A DNA stretch of 64,000 bases from a virus, in IMG/VR virus record IMGVR_UViG_3300020215_000052, positions 753-64,752 of that record; one strand, 5' to 3'. Below are positions 38,134-47,750 of this stretch, piece after piece. Every line of letters begins with the position of its first letter. The stretch's first letter is position 1. The notes under the pieces were generated by a model that was not told where the DNA came from, made no database searches, and was given only the letters and a program-made list of their open reading frames with translations. The translations under genes and the position numbers were made by a program.

Positions 38134-40431
38134 ATGATGCGCGAAAGCGCGGGAGGCGCTGGGACCATGTTCATCAACGGGAAGGCTGGAACCAAGTCCA
38201 GGACTCTGGACGCAAACATCAAGATCCTCGTCGCCTCCCACGTCGTTCAGGTTCTGGACCCGGGTGGGGCCAGCCGCAACGCTGACATTCAGCACTATAG
38301 GGCGGGCTACGGCTATCTGTTTTACAACAGCGCGGATGCGGATGGGGAGAACCTCGTTATCCGCAACCGGGCCGGCGGCACGATAGCCACGGTGAATCGG
38401 GGGGAATTCGCCATCGTAGCGGCGAACGGGAGTGCTTGGACACTCGTGGCCTCTGGGTCCGCCGACCGGGCCACCATGACGGTACTCACCGTCACGACGT
38501 CCATCACCCTTGAGGACGACGTGGAGCTCTACGTCGGCACCAGCCTCGACCACCTGATCAGCTACATCTCCGCGTCCAACCGCACTGACTTCGTGGGCCT
38601 CGACATATCGGCCGGGGGCGCTACGGCGGCCACGGCCGCCCTCAGGCTTGACACCGGCAACCGCACCAAGACCGACACCAACGCGGGGGTCCCCGGGTCG
38701 GGGGCGATCGCGATCGAAACCGGGACCACCTCGGTGTCCGCGGCGGCGACTGGAGGGGCCTCCGGCGCCCTCACCCTGGCCTCGGGTACCACGGACGTCA
38801 CGGCGGCAGGCACGGGCGGAGCCTCGGGCGCGGCATCTCTCAAGAGCGGCAACACCGACAGCAACCACGCTTCGGGAACGGGCGGGGCAACCGGCGCCGT
38901 GACGGTGGGGAGCGGTAACGCCGCGGCGACTTCCGGTACTTCGGGGGCGTCGGGCTCCCTGACCCTGAGCACGGGGACTTCGGTGTCGAGCACGTCCGGC
39001 AACGTCTCCGTCCAGACGGGGAACGTGACCGGCGGCAGCGGGAACTCGGGGTCAATCATCCTCTTGCCCGGCACCAGCTCCGGCGGCAGCCGCGGCACCG
39101 TGCAGCTGGATGCTGACGATGTGGCGCTGTCCGTGGGAGACGACGCAGACGGACTCCTCGACTACACGAACGGCTCGCACCTGGTCCGCCTGCGCTCCGC
39201 TGCGGTGACGGGAGGCGGCGCCGGGGCTGCGTCGGCCGCTCTCACGGTGACGTCAGGGGCGCGGACGAAGAACGACACCAACGCCGGGGTGCCCACCAGC
39301 GGCGCCATCACCCTGGCGTCGGGAGCAACCGATGTCACGGCCGCTGCGACCGGCGGCTCTTCGGGGGCCCTCACCGTCCAGTCGGGTGCCACCGACTCGA
39401 ACCACGCGGGTGGGACCGGAGGGGCATCCGGGGCCGTCACGGTCCAGTCGGGGAACGCCAGCTCCACCCTGGGGACCTCCGGGGCCTCCGGGAGCGTGAC
39501 GATCAAGAGCGGCAACAGCGACGACGGCAACAGCGGCAACGTGGTCCTGGAGACGGGCTCGGCCGGGGGCACGAAGGGCATCATTGATATCAACGCCGCC
39601 ATCGATAACGACGTCGCGCTGAGTGCCGCGGGGTCCGCGGCCGACATCGCCTTGACCTTCAACCATGCCACGGGCGTCGGCGTCGGGCTCTCGGTCTCTG
39701 CGGCCCAGGTCACCACCAACCGGACCGCAGGGACACTCTCTGCCATCAAGGGATCGATCACCTCGCTCTCCGGCGACACGGCGGGCGTGGACTACTACGC
39801 ATTCGAAGCCGCCGTGACTGTTGGCGCCGCCGGGGCCGACCACTTCGTTTTGAAGCAGGGCGCCGGGTTTGACCAGACCCTCGACGCGAGTGCTGCGGCC
39901 ACTACCGAAGCCGGGGTGGTGGTCGGGGCAGCCCTGGCTGACGCCTGGCACTGGAAGACCTCTGCGGTGACCTATGTCGTCCTCCGCACCACGACTGCGA
40001 CTCCGGGGATCGATGAGACATTCACGCTGACCGCCACAGGAGATGCACACAACATCGCGGCCACGGTCAACAGCGCCACGGGGGTCGTCCAGGCCCTGGA
40101 CGTCAGCATCACCACGGCCACAACCAATCACACCTCCGGGAACATCTCGGCCGTCAGGGCAGCAGTGACGAGCCTCGCCGGTGACACTGGGGGCGTCTTC
40201 GCGTGCGTTGAGCTCGCGAGCACGGATGGTGGTGGTACGACGCCGACGCACGCTGGGTTCCTGTGCGCATCGCCGCTGGATGCCCTGCTCTACGTGGACG
40301 CGAGCGGCAGCGGCAGCGTCGTCGTCGGCGCAATGACGGCGAAGAATCCGGAGAGCGACACCGAGGCAGGCTACTTCTCTATCCGGGTCGGTGCGACCCG
40401 GTACGAGGTACCCATGTACGCCGTGGCCTGA
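38134..40431 (+). CDS. Gly/Ser/Thr-rich fibre or spike protein with internal duplication
   Basis: repeated RTKxDTNAGVPxSGAI... and SGxxxLxSG units. Confidence 0.65.
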   Translation: MMRESAGGAGTMFINGKAGTKSRTLDANIKILVASHVVQVLDPGGASRNADIQHYRAGYGYLFYNSADADGENLVIRNRAGGTIATVNRGEFAIVAANGSAWTLVASGSADRATMTVLTVTTSITLEDDVELYVGTSLDHLISYISASNRTDFVGLDISAGGATAATAALRLDTGNRTKTDTNAGVPGSGAIAIETGTTSVSAAATGGASGALTLASGTTDVTAAGTGGASGAASLKSGNTDSNHASGTGGATGAVTVGSGNAAATSGTSGASGSLTLSTGTSVSSTSGNVSVQTGNVTGGSGNSGSIILLPGTSSGGSRGTVQLDADDVALSVGDDADGLLDYTNGSHLVRLRSAAVTGGGAGAASAALTVTSGARTKNDTNAGVPTSGAITLASGATDVTAAATGGSSGALTVQSGATDSNHAGGTGGASGAVTVQSGNASSTLGTSGASGSVTIKSGNSDDGNSGNVVLETGSAGGTKGIIDINAAIDNDVALSAAGSAADIALTFNHATGVGVGLSVSAAQVTTNRTAGTLSAIKGSITSLSGDTAGVDYYAFEAAVTVGAAGADHFVLKQGAGFDQTLDASAAATTEAGVVVGAALADAWHWKTSAVTYVVLRTTTATPGIDETFTLTATGDAHNIAATVNSATGVVQALDVSITTATTNHTSGNISAVRAAVTSLAGDTGGVFACVELASTDGGGTTPTHAGFLCASPLDALLYVDASGSGSVVVGAMTAKNPESDTEAGYFSIRVGATRYEVPMYAVA

Positions 40432-40456
40432 TGCGGTCACACCGATGGAGCCGCCC

Positions 40457-40783
40457 ATGAAGTTCTTGAGACTCAAAGAAGTGGAGATCCCCGCTGGGGT
40501 CGTCTCCGGCAAAGCGATAGGGAACATCTCTACGGCGGACCTGGTCCGCACTTGCGTCAACGACACCCCACAGGGCGGCCTGAAGGTGGAGGATCTGCGG
40601 TCCCGGATCCGCGTTCTCGATGCCCTGGACCGGTCCGTGGGGTGCCTTTCCCTGGAGGACGCGGACGCCAAGACCCTTCAGTCCTGCGTTGCGGGCATGC
40701 GCTGGACGGCCGTATCGCGGGAGATAGTCACCTTCTGCGACGCAGTGGCAAATCTGGCTGACGAACCGCCGACCACCCGGTAG
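40457..40783 (+). CDS. putative fibre-assembly chaperone-like protein
   Basis: small helical protein directly after the fibre gene. Confidence 0.45.
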   Translation: MKFLRLKEVEIPAGVVSGKAIGNISTADLVRTCVNDTPQGGLKVEDLRSRIRVLDALDRSVGCLSLEDADAKTLQSCVAGMRWTAVSREIVTFCDAVANLADEPPTTR

Positions 40784-40793
40784 GAGCGGACCG

Positions 40794-41180
40794 ATGGCCT
40801 ACGAGGCAACCGTCACCCAGACCTACCGCGGCCTCCAGGGAGGGCGACGGGTCTACGTCTATACGGTTACGGAGACCGACTGCGCGGGCACATCAGAGTA
40901 CAGCATGACCGTCCCGAAGCAGGGCCGCGTGGTCTCCTGCAAGGCCACCAAGACGGCGGGGGACGGGGCGACGATCGCCCCTACCTTCGGTCCTGCGACA
41001 GGAGTGGCGGCCAACACCCAGGCGCGCACCCACGCCTACTCGGCATCGGCACACGTCAACGACCGAACGGCCATCCCCTACGTCGCGACGGCGGGCCTCC
41101 TGTACGTTCGATCCACTCCCGCCAGCGGGTCAAACAACGCCGTGACCACCGAATGGGTCGTCGTTGACGGGGTGGTGTGA
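40794..41180 (+). CDS. putative virion beta-sandwich protein
   Basis: Thr/Val-rich ORF with RBS. Confidence 0.5.
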   Translation: MAYEATVTQTYRGLQGGRRVYVYTVTETDCAGTSEYSMTVPKQGRVVSCKATKTAGDGATIAPTFGPATGVAANTQARTHAYSASAHVNDRTAIPYVATAGLLYVRSTPASGSNNAVTTEWVVVDGVV

Positions 41181-41950
41181 TGGCCCTCGTGGCCGTCTAC
41201 GCACTGGACGTAGCCCGGCCGCGGGAAATCGTCCGGGGCGAGGCCACCACGGTGGACCTCTACGTGGAGGTGGACGGGGCAGCTCCGAGCACGCTGGCGA
41301 GTGCCACGCTGCACGTCTACCGTGGCCAGACTCTGATAGAGCAGCCGGCGGTCACGATCACCGGGGCCAAGATGACGGCGACGGTCGCCGGTTCCTCCAC
41401 GAGCGACCGAAGCATCGGGGAGCGCGTTGGCCTCAGCTGGAAGTTCAGCGCCAACGGCCAGGTCTGGCGCGAGCAGGAGAACGCAGTCGTCACCGACATG
41501 AGGGCGCCCTGCCCCCTCCGGATCCAGGAGATCAAGGACGAGTACCAGGAGTTCGCGGACGCCAACAACATCCCCTCCGGGAACACGAACATCGCTTACA
41601 TCGTGGCTCGGGAATGGGAGGAAACCCGCATTCTACTGGACGCTGCGGCGCCCGGCCGGCTCCACGCGATGCTCCGGGAGGTTCACAGGATCAAGCCGTA
41701 CCTGCGGGAGCGGTGCTGCGCCCGGTACGCCAAGCTTCTGGCTGCGAGTGTCGGCAGCGCTGATTTCCTCACCCTGTCCCGAGACCACGAGACGCGGGCC
41801 GCGGAGCTCTGGATCGGTCTGCGTCCTTGGTTCCGGGAGGTGAGCAACGTGGCCCACCCGGAGCAGCCCAGCGGCCAGACGTTGCCCGCGAGCCCCGGAA
41901 TCTGGCTCGGGGACGTGGGCGGCGGGGACGGAGCCCCCGGGGGCATTTGA
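41177..41950 (+). CDS. putative head-tail connector/adaptor
   Basis: position and size. Confidence 0.4.
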   Translation: MMALVAVYALDVARPREIVRGEATTVDLYVEVDGAAPSTLASATLHVYRGQTLIEQPAVTITGAKMTATVAGSSTSDRSIGERVGLSWKFSANGQVWREQENAVVTDMRAPCPLRIQEIKDEYQEFADANNIPSGNTNIAYIVAREWEETRILLDAAAPGRLHAMLREVHRIKPYLRERCCARYAKLLAASVGSADFLTLSRDHETRAAELWIGLRPWFREVSNVAHPEQPSGQTLPASPGIWLGDVGGGDGAPGGI

Positions 41951-42029
41951 GTCGGCGGTGGTCCGCTCGGCGCCACGGCGCCCGTCTCTTCGCGGACCGG
42001 CCGCCCTTCTGACGTAGGAGGAGTGACGA

Positions 42030-42479
42030 GTGGCCTTCGCGGACATCAAGCGCAGCGACGTCCGCGCCAGAGTTACGTCGGCCCTTGCGACCGTAGATGG
42101 ACTCCGCCCAAACTCCCGGGCCACGGATCATGACCGGGGCGGCGGCGTTCAGATGGATGGGAGTTGGACAGCCCAACTCCGCTGGGTGCCCCAGGGGCAG
42201 TTGACGGGCACCGGGAGCAATGGGGCCCACGCGTCGGTGGGCTCGTGGGTAGTTGAGATCGCGATCCGGGTCAAGGCAGACGCCGACGGGGACAGCGCTC
42301 AGACCACCCTGGATGCGCTGTATGACGCGGCCTGGAAGGCGATGTGGACCACAGCGCCTTCGCAGAACCTGGAGGAGTGGTACGGGGAGGCCGACGCAGA
42401 CATGCGGCGAATAAACGACAACCGCTTTTTGGAACAGATTATGACCTTCCGGGTGGTCGTCACCCGCAGGCACTCGTGA
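42030..42479 (+). CDS. putative tail terminator/completion protein
   Basis: position before the tail tube candidate; size. Confidence 0.4.
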   Translation: MAFADIKRSDVRARVTSALATVDGLRPNSRATDHDRGGGVQMDGSWTAQLRWVPQGQLTGTGSNGAHASVGSWVVEIAIRVKADADGDSAQTTLDALYDAAWKAMWTTAPSQNLEEWYGEADADMRRINDNRFLEQIMTFRVVVTRRHS

Positions 42480-42486
42480 GGCGTAC

Positions 42487-42777
42487 ATGAGTCAGAAGCA
42501 AGAGACTCCCAGGACGATGGCCGAAATGACCCTGGAGGAGCACATGGCTGAGCTTCAGAGGCTCAAGCCCGCCTCCGACCGGTGGCCTGCCGATGTGCGC
42601 AGGCTCGGCACTGACATGCTGCGAAGGGAGCTTGCCAAGGTGCCAGCGGCTGCCTTCAAGGACATCCGCAAGCGGCTCGCGGACTTCGGAGCCAACAACA
42701 CGATCCGGCTCAGCGCGGAGGAGATGCGGGATCTCTTCGCGGCGACGAGGCCCGCTCAGCCCGCCCGGAAGGAGTAG
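42487..42777 (+). CDS. hypothetical protein
   Basis: ORF in tail operon. Confidence 0.55.
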   Translation: MSQKQETPRTMAEMTLEEHMAELQRLKPASDRWPADVRRLGTDMLRRELAKVPAAAFKDIRKRLADFGANNTIRLSAEEMRDLFAATRPAQPARKE

Positions 42778-42780
42778 GTC

Positions 42781-43332
42781 ATGGCCCAGAACGATAGGTT
42801 GCTGCCCTCGCAGACCCTCAAGATCCAGTTCCGGGACGGCACCGGAACGCCGCTGACCTACGAGTGTACGGTGGCCGCCCTTCACAGCGAGAACTGGCAG
42901 CCCCTTCTCCCCCGCGGCTTCACGCCGGTACTGGGCAAGAGCGGGGGCGCCGCCCGAATCCACGGTATCAACGCTGAGGGAATTACGGGGCCGGCCCCGA
43001 TCAAGCTCAAGGTAAAGCTCCTTGACCCGACCAATACCGCCGACGTCACGCTCAGGGCGATCCTCGACTCACTCACCCTTGGTGCCGCCCAGGGTGGCCT
43101 GAGCTCCGCCACCTGGGTGAGCACGAATCCACTCCCCGACACCACACAGTTTATGGTCGATTTCCGGCTGATCTGGTTGAACGTCGCTTCCACGACGGAC
43201 TGGGTACAGGACCTGGGAGCGATCTACCTCCCCGAGGGATACCAGATTCAGGCCGCTGAAGGCGGTGCAGAGATCGACCTCTCAATCATGCATGTCGAGG
43301 ACGTGGCCTATTCCACCACGACCACGGCCTGA
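42781..43332 (+). CDS. putative major tail (tube) protein
   Basis: 183 aa upstream of the chaperone and tape measure genes. Confidence 0.5.
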   Translation: MAQNDRLLPSQTLKIQFRDGTGTPLTYECTVAALHSENWQPLLPRGFTPVLGKSGGAARIHGINAEGITGPAPIKLKVKLLDPTNTADVTLRAILDSLTLGAAQGGLSSATWVSTNPLPDTTQFMVDFRLIWLNVASTTDWVQDLGAIYLPEGYQIQAAEGGAEIDLSIMHVEDVAYSTTTTA

Positions 43333-43359
43333 TCCCAGCGACGCGAAGGAGAGACAGCG

Positions 43360-43725
43360 ATGCGCTTGCGAGAGACACCCAGGACGGCAGGACGAAGCAT
43401 CCCCGTCAAGATCGCCGAGGGGTTCACGATCCACATGCAGCCGATCCTCCCATACGAGGCCAAGAGGATGGACGAAGCCGTGAAGGTGGACGCTCCGGAG
43501 GGGGAGACTGGAGATGAACTCTCCCTGTGCGCCCTCTTCGCCCGCCGTTGTCTTTCCTGCGACTTCGATGCCGTTCCCCCTGCTACGTTCGCAACTCCGG
43601 GCTGGCATGCCTACGCTCTCGCTCTCCACGCGGAGATGTCCGAGGCGGCCCTGCTCAACCTGGCCGAGGTGGGCCGGGCCATCACGCAGGCGATCGGGCT
43701 GGACTCGGGCCCTTTGGGGCTCTGA
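43360..43725 (+). CDS. tail assembly chaperone (G-like)
   Basis: slippery C CCT TTG at 43710-43716 just before the stop. Confidence 0.6.
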   Translation: MRLRETPRTAGRSIPVKIAEGFTIHMQPILPYEAKRMDEAVKVDAPEGETGDELSLCALFARRCLSCDFDAVPPATFATPGWHAYALALHAEMSEAALLNLAEVGRAITQAIGLDSGPLGL

Positions 43726-44039
43726 GCCACCTTGATGCGGCCAGGGAGGCGCTGAAGGATCCCCTGACGATGGCCGCCGTCGAGTTGGCTCTGGTGACCG
43801 GCCACGACCCCCATTGGTTCTTTTCCCTCTCTGGATGGGAAGCCGCCCTGGCACTGGCATGCGCCGAGCAGGGTGGGATGCCTGTTACGGTCCGGGCGCT
43901 TACCGCGCTCGGAGCGGTTGCAGCAGCGGCTCCGGACAACGAACCGGGGCCGTTGACCACCGAGCGTCTACAGGATTTGTTGTCCAGGCCTGGGAGGTGG
44001 TCGGTCGTGTCCACGCCGGAGGGACTGCGCCTTGTCTGA
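43710..44039 (+). CDS. -1 frameshift extension of the chaperone (GT-like)
   Basis: -1 frame reads PFGALSHLDAAREALKDP... to 44039. Confidence 0.55.
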   Translation, partial: PFGALSHLDAAREALKDPLTMAAVELALVTGHDPHWFFSLSGWEAALALACAEQGGMPVTVRALTALGAVAAAAPDNEPGPLTTERLQDLLSRPGRWSVVSTPEGLRLV

Positions 44040-44484
44040 CGCCGACACATCCCTTGCAGTAGCCGCCTGGCTTCGCGCATATGCATCCTCGCTCAGGGGT
44101 GCGGCGGTGGAGTCACTCCCCATCGCAGCCTCCGCCTACGTGGCTCAACTCCGTCGCGATGCCCCCTCCCCAACCAGGGGCAACCCTTACAGTACGGGCC
44201 TTACGCAGGCCAGATACACCTTCCGAATCGTGGGCGGCCAGGCCCTCATCACGAACCACCGCGGCTCTGCCGAGGGGAGGCGAGGCCAGGGGTACGGGGA
44301 GGAGGTGGCAGATCTCATCGACAGGGGCAGCACCAGCAAGGGTCCCGGAACAGCCCGCGCCTTCCGGCGCCGTCGAATTGGCGATGCTTATCACCTGGCC
44401 GCGTGGCGTCACGTGCGGCCCGAACTCAGGAAACAGTACCTGAGCGCGGTCCTCAACTCCGCCCGCGGGAGGCTCCATGGCTGA
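44032..44484 (+). CDS. putative neck/tail-completion-like protein
   Basis: basic ORF coupled to the tape measure gene. Confidence 0.4.
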   Translation: MSDADTSLAVAAWLRAYASSLRGAAVESLPIAASAYVAQLRRDAPSPTRGNPYSTGLTQARYTFRIVGGQALITNHRGSAEGRRGQGYGEEVADLIDRGSTSKGPGTARAFRRRRIGDAYHLAAWRHVRPELRKQYLSAVLNSARGRLHG

Positions 44485-47434
44485 GGTCCTGCAAATCCCC
44501 CTGGAGGCTTACGACCCAGAGCGCCTGGCCAGGTCGTTCGCCGCACTTCACGGCGACCTGGTCCAGGGGGTATCCCGTTCGGTGAAGGCCGCCTCGGAGG
44601 CCGGAGCCAGGGTAGTGGTAGAAAGCCAGACGCGGGCAGCCAGGGCAGCCGCCAGGGTCCACAGTCGGGCCGCATCGGAAGTCGCTGCCGGCATCCAGGG
44701 GATCGGCAAGGCTGCCGAGAAGATGGCCACGGAGTATGTCAGGGAGCAGACAGCAGCCGCTCGCGCCGCTCGAATGGCATATCTTGCTAGTGAGCGCGAC
44801 GCACTTGCAGCGTCGAAGCTTGCCGAGAAGCAGCGGGCGCAGGCGGCCAAGGCGGCAGAAAGGCAGGCCGCAGAGGTGGCCAGGACCCTCGCTTCTCGGG
44901 TAAAGGCGGCTGAGCGCGAGGAGATCAAGCGCGTCCGGATGGCTCGGCAGGCGGCAGACGACGTAGCCAAGGCCTTTGTCGCTGGGAAGCGACAGGAGGC
45001 CGCTGCACTCAAGGAGCGCATCCGCGAGGAGGCAGCAGCTGCGCGCGCCGCCCGCAGCGCCTACCTCACCAGCATCAGCACTGCGGACCGTCTCCGCGTC
45101 AAGCAGCAGGAGGTGAACACCGCATACCGCCAGGGACTGCTGACCTTGGAGCAGTACGGACGGGCATCCAGGTCCGTGCATGCCCGGATCGCCAGAGCTG
45201 AAGGCCGCGGGGGCCTCGTCGGAGTGTTGGACGGGCTCGCGACGAACCTGCAGAAACTCCCCGGCACGGCGGGAGTGGCCGGCGGAGCCCTTTCCTCTCT
45301 GACCGCCAGCGTGACGGCGCTGGGAACTCCTATGACCGCGGTCGCGGCTTCCGTTGCCGTAGCCGGCGCGGGGCTCTTCAAGCTCGCCACCGGAGCCGCC
45401 GCCTCGATCAACGCCGTCCGCCAGGCGGCTCTTGCCAGCGGTTTCAATGCCACCGAACTCTCCCGCCTCCAGGTCGTGGCTGCCCGGACTGGGTTCCAGC
45501 TGATAGAGCTGGCAGATGCCAACCTCAACCTCGCGGAGAAGATGAAGAATTCACCCCAGGTGATCCAAGACCTGGGGATCCGCGTGCGCGAGGTAACGGA
45601 TGGCAGCCTTCGCCCCGTCTCCGCGGTGTTCCTGGAGGTGGCCGACCACATCTCTACGATGTCAAATGAAACAGAGCAGTTGGCCGCAGCCGGCGCGCTC
45701 TTCGGCGAGGACACGGCCAAGAAGCTCCTCCCCGCCCTCCGGTCGATGCCAGGCGCTTTCGCGGCAAGCGCAGCCGAGGCGGACCGGCTGAACCTCACCA
45801 TGAGCTCTGAGCGCCTTGCCCAGGCCCAGGCATACCAGCGAGCGATCACCGACCTGGGGCTGGCTCTGGAGGGACTCAAGCTTTCGACAGTCGGGCTCCT
45901 TGGCCCCCTGACGACCTTTGCGGAATCCATCAACCCGAGCCGTAAGAAGGGGGGTGCAGAGAGCCTCCTGAGCACGCTGGCGTCGGTTCACCCGGTGCTC
46001 GGGACGTTGTCGGCGGCCTGGGGGTATGTGTCCGTGGAGGCCGGGAAGGCTGACACGGCGATGCGCAAGGCCGTGGAGGGCATTCCGGCGCTGCTGGAGG
46101 ACCTGGACTCAAGGCCCCAGGGCACAGGGTCCCTCCTCTTCCGGGATAAGGGCTGGGAGAAGAAGCTGGAGGAGGAAAAGCGCAAGGGCCAGGAGGCATT
46201 CCGGGAGCTGGAAAAGTCGGTCCGCGAGTACGAGGAGACGGTTTCGGACAAGCTCCAGAGAGCCGAGGAGGAGTTCGGCGACCTCGGCCGCTCGATCCAG
46301 GTGCCAGCGATGCAACTCACCGATGCCTTCCTCGGGGTCAACGATGTCGTCGGCGCGGCTGAGGAGGCCTTCGCGAAAGCCGCAGAGCGGGCCGCCAAGC
46401 TTGGGGCAGCGATCGCGGACGTCGGGTCCATCGCCGGCTCCGTTGGAGCCGGCGGCCTCTCTTCGGTGATCGGAGCCTTCGGTGGACTGGTGGATGCGCT
46501 CAACAGCCCAGGGGCCTCCAAGCTGAGCCAGATCAGCGCCGCCTTCAGCCTGGGGGCTGTGGCGGCGAAAGCCATCGGGGCCGTCCTCGACAGGCTGACG
46601 CAATCCCTGGTGGGGTCAAGCCTCATGGAGATCCTCTCCGGCGAGGGACCAGCCAGGGCGCTCGACCGCGTGGTCGCCGGCCTACCGCGCCTGCTGAACG
46701 ATATCCAGGCCAAGCTGCCGGGGTTCTTCGAGAAGCTCTCGGGAACCGTCATCCCGGCCATCGGAAACATCCTCGGCCAGGCGGTCCGCTTCGCGCTCCG
46801 CAACTGGGACGTGATCCTGGCCGGGCTGCTGCAGGCACTGGGAGCCATCGTCGGGACTCTGATCGTCGAGATCGGACGGGGAATCCGGCGAGCCGCCCAG
46901 AACTTCTGGCGCGACATGCGCCACGGCGCCGACGGCCTCGGGGCGAGGCTCCTGGCCTTCGTCCCCGACTTCTTCGAAGTGGTGGTCCGGGGTCTCGTTG
47001 GGGGGCTCGCCGAGCTCCTGGCGCGGATATTCGACGCGATCGGAATGGACAAAATCGCTGAACGGCTGCACGGCTTCGCCACCGCGATGACCGCCGGGGC
47101 CGACAACCAGGACAACTCAACGGCATCCACCGGCGAGGCAGCGGGTGGAGGCTCCGGAGCAGGAGGGCGGGGGACCGCCCGCAATGCGGCTCACCCGGTC
47201 TCTGATGCATTCCTCCCGCCGGGGCCGGCCCGGACGGTGCAGACCACCAGGGGGGATGCCGTGCTCGCGTACCAGGGGGGAGGCCCCAACGACCTCCCCT
47301 CGCTCCTGCGGGAGGTGATCCAAGCCGTGCGCGAGAACACGGACGAGGTGAGAGCGGGCAACGAGGCGATGCGAAGGGCCCTTCAGCCGGCGGGTCTCAG
47401 GACCAACATGACGCCAGTCCCACGCCTCAGGTAG
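44477..47434 (+). CDS. tail tape measure protein
   Basis: 985 aa, Ala-rich helical with hydrophobic segments; follows the chaperones. Confidence 0.85.
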   Translation: MAEVLQIPLEAYDPERLARSFAALHGDLVQGVSRSVKAASEAGARVVVESQTRAARAAARVHSRAASEVAAGIQGIGKAAEKMATEYVREQTAAARAARMAYLASERDALAASKLAEKQRAQAAKAAERQAAEVARTLASRVKAAEREEIKRVRMARQAADDVAKAFVAGKRQEAAALKERIREEAAAARAARSAYLTSISTADRLRVKQQEVNTAYRQGLLTLEQYGRASRSVHARIARAEGRGGLVGVLDGLATNLQKLPGTAGVAGGALSSLTASVTALGTPMTAVAASVAVAGAGLFKLATGAAASINAVRQAALASGFNATELSRLQVVAARTGFQLIELADANLNLAEKMKNSPQVIQDLGIRVREVTDGSLRPVSAVFLEVADHISTMSNETEQLAAAGALFGEDTAKKLLPALRSMPGAFAASAAEADRLNLTMSSERLAQAQAYQRAITDLGLALEGLKLSTVGLLGPLTTFAESINPSRKKGGAESLLSTLASVHPVLGTLSAAWGYVSVEAGKADTAMRKAVEGIPALLEDLDSRPQGTGSLLFRDKGWEKKLEEEKRKGQEAFRELEKSVREYEETVSDKLQRAEEEFGDLGRSIQVPAMQLTDAFLGVNDVVGAAEEAFAKAAERAAKLGAAIADVGSIAGSVGAGGLSSVIGAFGGLVDALNSPGASKLSQISAAFSLGAVAAKAIGAVLDRLTQSLVGSSLMEILSGEGPARALDRVVAGLPRLLNDIQAKLPGFFEKLSGTVIPAIGNILGQAVRFALRNWDVILAGLLQALGAIVGTLIVEIGRGIRRAAQNFWRDMRHGADGLGARLLAFVPDFFEVVVRGLVGGLAELLARIFDAIGMDKIAERLHGFATAMTAGADNQDNSTASTGEAAGGGSGAGGRGTARNAAHPVSDAFLPPGPARTVQTTRGDAVLAYQGGGPNDLPSLLREVIQAVRENTDEVRAGNEAMRRALQPAGLRTNMTPVPRLR

Positions 47435-47438
47435 AGGG

Positions 47439-47735
47439 CTACAACCCCCCAGATGGCAGCCTCCACCGAGGGCCGCATCTGCCCAGAAGCGAGGTGATAG
47501 CCACGGCCAGTGCGAGGACATGCGCAGGACCCACCGCGACCACAGGTTCACCCTCCCCCGCCGGAAGCAGCGTGACCGACGCCTCTCCGCCGTCGCGGCT
47601 CGCTCCGAAACAGACGTACCAGCCGCCTGTCCCCAGCATCCAGACCGCCTCAAGCAGGGACTCGGCAGAGCCGGGCCCACCAGCCTCCAACAGCGCCACC
47701 AACTCTTGCAACCGCGCCTCGTCCCGGTCCCTCAC
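47439..47735 (-). CDS. hypothetical protein
   Basis: last ORF of the leftward unit. Confidence 0.45.
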   Translation of the reverse strand: MRDRDEARLQELVALLEAGGPGSAESLLEAVWMLGTGGWYVCFGASRDGGEASVTLLPAGEGEPVVAVGPAHVLALAVAITSLLGRCGPRWRLPSGGL

Positions 47736-47750
47736 GGGTCACCTCCCTCC

